A stretch of DNA of 63,931 bases, the filler included, from Perkinsus olseni (Eukaryota), in the NCBI GenBank assembly GCA_013115125.1. It is 2 parts of 2 records of this genome, joined end to end, with 100 filler letters (N's around TTAATTAATTAA, not from the genome) between each part and the next. Parts side by side here need not be neighbours in the genome. Positions count along the whole stretch, not along the records: positions 32,024 to 63,931 come from JABANN010000408.1; 1 more part is not named here. One strand, 5' to 3'. Below the pieces are notes generated by a model. The model worked only from the letters and a program-made list of their open reading frames with translations, was not told the origin of the DNA and did not search any database. This document shows, one piece after another, positions 57,450 to 63,931 of this stretch (position 1 is its first letter; every line of letters starts with the position of its first letter). The position numbers and the translations under genes were made by a program.

Positions 57450-60400
57450 ATTTAACAAGTCAGGATACAGTCAACTTAACTCGGGGTTGCCATTCACAGC
57501 TAGAGGTGTCAGAATCCTCATCACTGCAAATGTCGCTCCCAGCTCCTCTCACCGCCTACAACCATCCATCACTACACGACAAGGATTCCGATACTACTTC
57601 CGCCGCTCCAGAGTCCACCTCGGTTGCCTCCCTCCAGCGGGCTTCTAACTCCAATACCCTTGCTTTGGACTCGATCAGGTCCTTTCGAAGACGCTCGATC
57701 ACCGCCTGACAGGAGCATAGACCGTCGACTGTGCCCTAACCCTCGACGCATACTCAAGAGAAGCTTCGGACAGGAGGAGAAAGTGTGGAGAGTGCTCTCG
57801 GAGGTTGCGCACTCAGAAATGCCCATCAGCGTGAGAAGACAACGGCGAGGCTCACGACTAGAGAAAGCACACCGCCCCATCAGCGAAAGAGGATGACCCC
57901 AGCGAGGGATGGCAACCGCAGAGACACCGAGTTTATATATCCGCGGTGGAAGCTAGGTGAATCCCGACACTATACGTTCCATCACCGGTAGGAACTCCAG
58001 CGTACGCCCTCATCCCTTTCCAGATACACTACCTCCTGCCGGTGGAGATCCTGGCGTAATACCGCGGCCTGCACACAGTCTCCCGAGCGGTCCTCCTCCT
58101 CCTCACTAAAACAGCTACTGCGCCGACTGCTCGTCGGCGTGCATCCGCAGTGTAACTAAAACCGGGCTTTCAACCCGCTGTAACTCGCACTTTAACTGGA
58201 GCTGGGCACCCGTACTGGGGTCGAGGAAAGTACGGTACGGAGAACGTTTCAAACTGGCAACCTAGTACGGGTACGGAGATTGAGTACGTATTAACTATAT
58301 TAAACAACGCATACGCGTATTAAATTACGCCGTACTTCAAGTACGGCGTACTAGTACGGTACTTGGGAACCGCTGCGACGGGTAGTACGGTTAGTACGGA
58401 GCCGTACTCGTACTACCCGTACCCTACTCCGTACTAGACCGTACCCGTACTGTCGCCCACCTCTAACCCTAACCAAATGACCACGATCAATAGCCAGCCC
58501 GAGCTGGATCGGCGTACAGGGCTCGCCACCGGTCTAAATTCGTAAGGATCCCAAATGCGGCGAGCGACTCCTCCGGCCGTCACATCCCACCACTGTCCTA
58601 GGACTCCCCAAAAGCCACCTTCATCTCGTCTTCCTTCATCCACTCATTCAGTCGCTGTTGCGTGAGCCTCTTCTGCTCAGCATGGTGTGTAACCAAATCA
58701 CGCAACTTCTTGCACTGCTCGACGAGAAACTCTACTTGCCTACGCCAAAGACCATATAGCTCAGCGAGGTAAGACGATCATTTCACATACTATAGACCCG
58801 AGTTCAATCCCTACGAACAGCGACCCACACCCTTCACTCGGATTTGGGCGCCTCCTACTCAGACTTAGTCCACTCGAATCGGAAAAATGCTCGATCGCTA
58901 CGGCCTCCAGAGATTCGCACAGGACGTCGCAGCAAGTCCAGCCGTAATGACGATGAGATGCAAGCCAACAGCAACGAGTAGACCCTGACTGCCCTGCTTC
59001 CCATCATTATCACCTCTTCCGTTCCTCTTCCTTCTTCGCCTGTACTGCGAGCTGCTCAGCCAGGCGATCCCCACGATCCACCTCCGCCTGATACTCTATC
59101 CGAAGGATGTCAAGCTGACTCTTCAAGCCCTTCATCTGACAACGGTGAAAATGAGCTCAGGGAGCTGCAGACCAATGCGATAAACGCATTACGATAGAAC
59201 CGACTGAGTCGTTTGACTACCTAGGGTAGGGGCCTACACGAGTGAATTTCCTGCGTTACTTGATCGTGGTTGCGAGTTAAAACTTATTGGAAGTTTCAAG
59301 ACTCATGTGAGACATATTATAAACTCACAGTAAATCAGTTTTACAGTCCGGTGAGATTGTAGTAGGAAGCGAAGAATGCGGGGCTGTTAATTCTCAATAA
59401 GTTTTCCGTTGCACCGCCGCCTACCTCCTCAAGAAGGGCCACCTTAGCCCTGCCCGTAGACATGACTTCCTCTTGGAGATCTCGTAGCTTACTACCGATA
59501 CTCAGTCGTAACGTGTCAGCCACCGAGTAAGCGATCGTCGTCGACTGCTCAAGGCCGAGTTCGGAGCACTGGGATGACCACCAGCAGGACTCCTTGAAGA
59601 TACCTGCCACATCAGCAACTTCCTGTCGTACTCGAGAGACCAACCTGTTTTGAGCCAACCCATCGTCATCCACGCCTTCACGAAGGAAAGAGGGTCCCGT
59701 GGCCCATTGGAAATTTCATAGCTATAAATTTTGTCCTCTCCATGCCGAAGACAGTCTCTAAGCGGTCAGCAGCGACTAGAGATGAGATGACTGTGTGGTC
59801 AATACCCGAGTAGTTATCCCACTACAGTCACGCTCAACCTCTGGTCTGTATCGCCAGACTCAGACTCCGGTTTTCGGGCTGCGGGTTTGAGGTTCGGCCA
59901 GTAACTCTCCCAACCCCAGCGTCTATTAGATTTCTGGCGGAGAAAACGTCCACTTTCATGCTATAAGAAACGGATGCTATGTGACCACCACGGGCTTTGA
60001 GGTCGGAAATAATGGACCCGGCAGGGCTCGGGCAAGTTTCTCTAACCGGGCTCCAAAATTATTGATATCTAGTTGGCCGCCACCAATTACGACACCGATT
60101 GACCGGTTAGGCGGACACTGGTGGCAACGGGTAAAACCCCGGGAGTAGTACCGCTATCCTTGTCATCCTTCCAAGTGGAAGACAGGTCGTGGAACCCTTC
60201 CCGAGAGGACTCTTCGCTACTCTCCACAAGCTCCCCTTCATACGACGACCCAAGCTCAGTGGAATACGCAGTCGTTTGTGTACAGTCGGCGAGGGCGGCA
60301 GTGCTTCGCTTGAATCGCCGTTTCCGGGCATGCGCCACAGAGGAAGGCACCTTCGAAGCACGGGAGGAGAGCACCTAACCATGCAGGCTTGTTATGCATC

Positions 60401-60690
60401 GTCGAGATAGTCGAGGGGATAGTTTCCACAATTCCCATTCTAAAGGGCGAAGGTTCGAATTCAGGGTCCATATAGATTCCATTTAAACATTCCCATCGAA
60501 GTCTCGGCCCAAGCCATAAGCACCAAACCTTCGACTCTCCCTTCCGAATGGCAGGCGAAGTTAACCCGAAAGCCCCTACTAATGGCCGAGGTAAGTCCAT
60601 CATCTTTGGGGACAGCCGCCGGGGCGTAGCTGAGAATCTCCAAGATCTCGTCGAAACATAAGGGGTTGCCGAATATTCAACAGCAGGCAT
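57450..60690 (-). CDS. Hypothetical multi-exon coiled-coil protein; may end at 58598 or continue across the MITE
   Basis: Protein-like exons such as KLRDLQEEV, MKGLKSQLDILRIEYQAE, VEQCKKLRDLV and AVIERLRKDLIESKARVLELEARW, flanked by GT/AG sites. No family recognised. Confidence 0.4.
58197..58465. mobile_element. hAT-like MITE (269 bp) with GTAC subterminal repeats
   Basis: Imperfect TIRs TGGAGCTGGGCACCCGTAC and (reverse complement) TAGAGGTGGGCGACAGTAC, 14/19 identical. Flanking 8-mers ACTTTAAC and ACCCTAAC match at 6/8, consistent with an aged 8-bp TSD. Confidence 0.7.
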
Positions 60691-60843
60691 TGAACAGAGA
60701 AATCGCTAAGGCGGGGGAAGGGTTGCGCTGTTGCAATAAAGGAAATGCAAGATTGCAAGTATGCATCTTGCACTTTGTTGGTCGTGGCGCTTCAGAAGCA
60801 TTTGAAGAACTAAGGAGGTTCATTGTGACGATAATCCCCTAGA

Positions 60844-62088
60844 ATGGTCAACCAAGCTTGTTGTGTGTACGTTGGCAGTCTGGATTTCGAGGTGAGTGTC
60901 CCTGCGGCTCCCTTCGGTCTTAATGGGGGAACTGAACCTTGATTACTCGATGCGGCTGTCAGCCTTCCTCAAAATAGCTACAGCTAGTGTATCGGCCAAC
61001 ATCGGAGTCGGCCTGTCCTCGCTGGGCTCCCTCGGCGTTCTCTATGAGTGATCTCATCTTTATTTACGCTGGTCTGGGCATCTTTCTCATGTACTCCTCG
61101 CAAGGGTCGACTTGCCAAATTCCTTAGCGACAGCCGCCCGCTGAGCTGCTCTCTCGACGATTCTCCTTCCCCTCAGGTTACCGAGGCTGAGCTTGGTGAT
61201 CACATGAAGTCCGCTGGTGATGTGGAGTCGGTCGATATCTTGACTCGCAGAGACGGCAAATCCAAGGGTTGCGCGTAAGTGCCTGCTCGGCTCGGTATGC
61301 CGTTGATGGTAATGTTGTTGTTTGCCCAGTCTTGTCGAATACAAGACCGAGGAAGCTGCTGAGAAGGCTATTGAGACTCTTAATGATACCGAGGTCGGCA
61401 AGCGCAAGATATTCGTCCGAGAGGACCGCGGGCCCATCGAGGAAATGGATCAAGACGCTGCTAGACAGGGGAAGGGCAAGGGAGGAAAAGGAAAGGGTGA
61501 GTTGTCTTTTCTTGCTGCTCTCAATAATCGCATTATCCATGTTGTCTTGCAGGTAAAGGAAAGGGAAAGGGTTTCAAGGGCCGTGATAGAATCCGCCCAT
61601 TGAAGGTCGGTGAGAAGGATGTCCACAGGTTGATCTATGTTGGCAACGTAAGTCGTCATCATCAACACCCCTTCCCTTGCTCATTGCCTTCCTTCTCAGC
61701 TGCCTTGGAGGACTGCCTGGCAGGACCTTAAGGATCTTTTCCGTGAATGCGGCGATGTCATCCGTGTGGACATGGCTGAGGGTTGGGATGGCAGGTCGAA
61801 GGGCTTCGCCACGGTTCTGTTCCAAGACGCCGAGGGAGCTCAGAAGGCAATCGGTAGGAAAGAATTCTCACTGCCTTCGTCATTTTGATGGTTCTCTTTC
61901 CCTCAGAGAAGTACAACGGCTACGACTTCCAAGGACGCAAGATGTTCGTCCGCGAGGATCAGTTCTTGAAGGAGGACGGTACCTACACTAGAAGTCGCAG
62001 GTCCAGCAGCCAGAAGGAGACATCCGCTGAGGATGCTGGTCCGAAGGCTCCTGTCGTTGCTACGGATGATGATGATCGCGATGACTAA
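60844..62088 (+). CDS. Two-RRM RNA-binding protein, GBP2/Hrb1-like, multi-exon
   Basis: RRM1: VYVGSL..KSKGCA-LVEY..IFVREDR. GKG-rich linker. RRM2: IYVGN-LPWRTAWQDLKDLF..RSKGFATVLF..MFVRED. Confidence 0.88.
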
Positions 62089-62969
62089 GTTGAATTGCTG
62101 TGTACTTCACCTTGCCTGTTCTCCTGCTATGATTGTCATTGACGCTGCTGAAATTATCATAAGTATAGTGACTAATAGTTGAACATGGTTATGTAAAGAA
62201 GAAGTCGTCCTTACTGTTGCCATTTTAGACTTTTTGTTGTCTACTCTGAAGACGATGATAAGTTCATCAGGGCAACATCGATTTTCTTTCATTACTCCAA
62301 GAGGTGATCGTAAGATGTAGTTGAAATGGAGATTATTACAGTATCAATTTATGAGTTAGTAGTAGAAGCAGCCAGTTGGTATCGGGTATATTACGATACA
62401 TAGCAGCAGCGCATCGCTACTCGAAAGTTGACGATCTCCATTGCCACTCATCAGGAGTTGTGTTGACAGTCACAGTGGAAGGGCAATAGAGGCGGTTATG
62501 AGTAGAAGGGAGGATGGAGACGAAGATTGTGTGCTTGCCTTGCTCTCGATGCGAGAAAGAATTGCTGTGTCGAATGGTATCCTGTGAGCGCAGTGGCCGA
62601 GCGCTGTTGAGCTTGGGAGCGTCAACTGGTCATCCCAAGGGAAAACGCGCGGTGCAGGGCAGGAAATCATGATGCATCCGGTGAATGTATTGGGCCATAT
62701 CTTCTGACATGCTGGCACACAACGATGTCCCCTAATCAAAGCTTGGGAATGCTATCTTTTGTGATAGATGTTGTAGGCTAGGCTGAGCTATCAATGGTCA
62801 GCATGTATTGATGCAATCTCATATGACAATCAAGTTTGTCTGGGTGTGAGTGAAGTCGCGGTTCTTCCAGTACAGTAAACTAGGTTAAATCTGTTCGTGT
62901 TGTGACTATTTTCCTTCTGACAGTTCAATTTTTATCAATTTTGGCCTTTTCGCTCATACCGTCGTTACT

Positions 62970-63931
62970 ATGAGTTCTTCTACTGACACCAACGCTATTG
63001 CTTCTCTATTGGAGGCCGCCTACAACGGTGATGTTGAGCGTATGAAGGAGTTGTTGTCTCACAACTCGGATCTCACTGTGAACAGTTCGGATTACGACAA
63101 GCGAACTCCTCTGCATTTGGCTGCTGCTGGTGGTCATCTTGATGCTGTTAAGTATCTCATCTCGGAGGGTGCTCACTTGAAGCCCGACCGTTTTGGTATG
63201 CTCCCTGTTCATGATGCAGTTATCAATAATCATCCTGATATCAAAGACATGCTTGGTAAACTCGAATTGAAGACTGCTGATGATGGTATGTGTTATTTAC
63301 CTCCTGAGAAGGTCGCTGCCTTGAAGGAGCAGGTTAAGCATTCAGACATTTCCTTGTCCGCTGAGGAGTTGGAGACCAAGATGACTGAGGTCTTCTCCAT
63401 CATCATGAAGGAAGGTGTCTTGGCAGCAGGTTCCCTATGGCAGGAGGTTCAGTATTACTTTATGGACCTCGGACTACATCCCAGCTACTTCAAGCACTTT
63501 ACCAGTACTCAGATCGCCAGGCATATTCATTGCCTTCTTGCTGCTACCAAGGTCGCTCAAACTACCAACTCTGATTATATCCATTTTGAGATGGAAGATG
63601 ATGATTCTGCATTCTACCTTACCACGATGGAACCTGAGAAGGTTGCAATTATGGATGGTAAGATCGCTCAGTACGTCTCCAAGTTTGGTACGGCTGATGG
63701 CTTTTCTATTACTTTTATGAAATCAGAGAAGCCAGCCATGCCCGAGGGTAAATACCAACTCGGTATTTTCGTTGTTGAGAAAAGGGCGTATGCTGGTGAT
63801 GGTCATAATAAGACTGAAGATATGATGGATGAGAGCGATCTTAAGGTTGTTGCAAGTCCGAAGTTCTTGGAAGAGAGAAGTGCTGAAGTTCAGCAATACT
63901 ATCAGTCCCTCATCAATGAGGCTATGTCTGG
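62970..63931 (+). CDS. Large NAD-specific glutamate dehydrogenase (GDH2-like) with N-terminal ankyrin repeats; runs off the window
   Basis: Open frame from ATG 62970 to the window end, absent from the ORF track because it has no stop. Ankyrin: DYDKRTPLHLAAAGGHLDAVKYL..DRFGMLPVHDA. Then EVQYYFMDLGLHPSYF..IARHIHCLLAATKV, like the fungal GDH2 N-terminus. The catalytic domain is not in the window. Confidence 0.75.
   Translation, partial: MSSSTDTNAIASLLEAAYNGDVERMKELLSHNSDLTVNSSDYDKRTPLHLAAAGGHLDAVKYLISEGAHLKPDRFGMLPVHDAVINNHPDIKDMLGKLELKTADDGMCYLPPEKVAALKEQVKHSDISLSAEELETKMTEVFSIIMKEGVLAAGSLWQEVQYYFMDLGLHPSYFKHFTSTQIARHIHCLLAATKVAQTTNSDYIHFEMEDDDSAFYLTTMEPEKVAIMDGKIAQYVSKFGTADGFSITFMKSEKPAMPEGKYQLGIFVVEKRAYAGDGHNKTEDMMDESDLKVVASPKFLEERSAEVQQYYQSLINEAMS

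Noticed and set aside
58463-58474. Telomere-like CTAACCCTAACC
   Set aside because: Only two units, explained by the MITE end plus its target duplication.

Overview
Eukaryotic genomic DNA with short GT-AG introns (mostly about 45-60 nt). The gene content and style fit a Perkinsus-like alveolate, which is an inference, not a database result. A 100-bp scaffold linker (N44-TTAATTAATTAA-N44, 31924-32023) joins two contigs. Recognisable genes: SLC35E/TPT transporter, PTR/POT peptide transporter, DUF4470-MYND protein, SNU114/EFTUD2, P5 ATPase, partial PGDH, hexose-6-phosphate mutarotase, a triple AP2-like protein, a SIZ/PIAS SUMO ligase, cathepsin Z, a two-SAM-like protein, TBC RabGAP, subtilisin, a GBP2-like RRM protein and an ankyrin-fused NAD-GDH. 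tRNA loci: Gln(TTG), Leu(AAG) inside a spliceosomal intron, and an interrupted Asp-like gene. Decayed-element zones (1-5 kb, 18-25 kb, 30-32 kb, 44-45.5 kb, 58 kb) hold non-LTR retrotransposon remnants and TIR elements. The most notable signal is a decayed minus-strand region at about 19.9-23 kb with RdRp-like motifs F, A, B, D and E followed by an SF2 DEAH helicase. That order matches hypo-/fusarivirus-like RNA viruses and suggests an endogenous viral element. The same zone is strongly enriched in perfect palindromes centred on a single nucleotide. All family assignments come from manual motif recognition; no searches were run.
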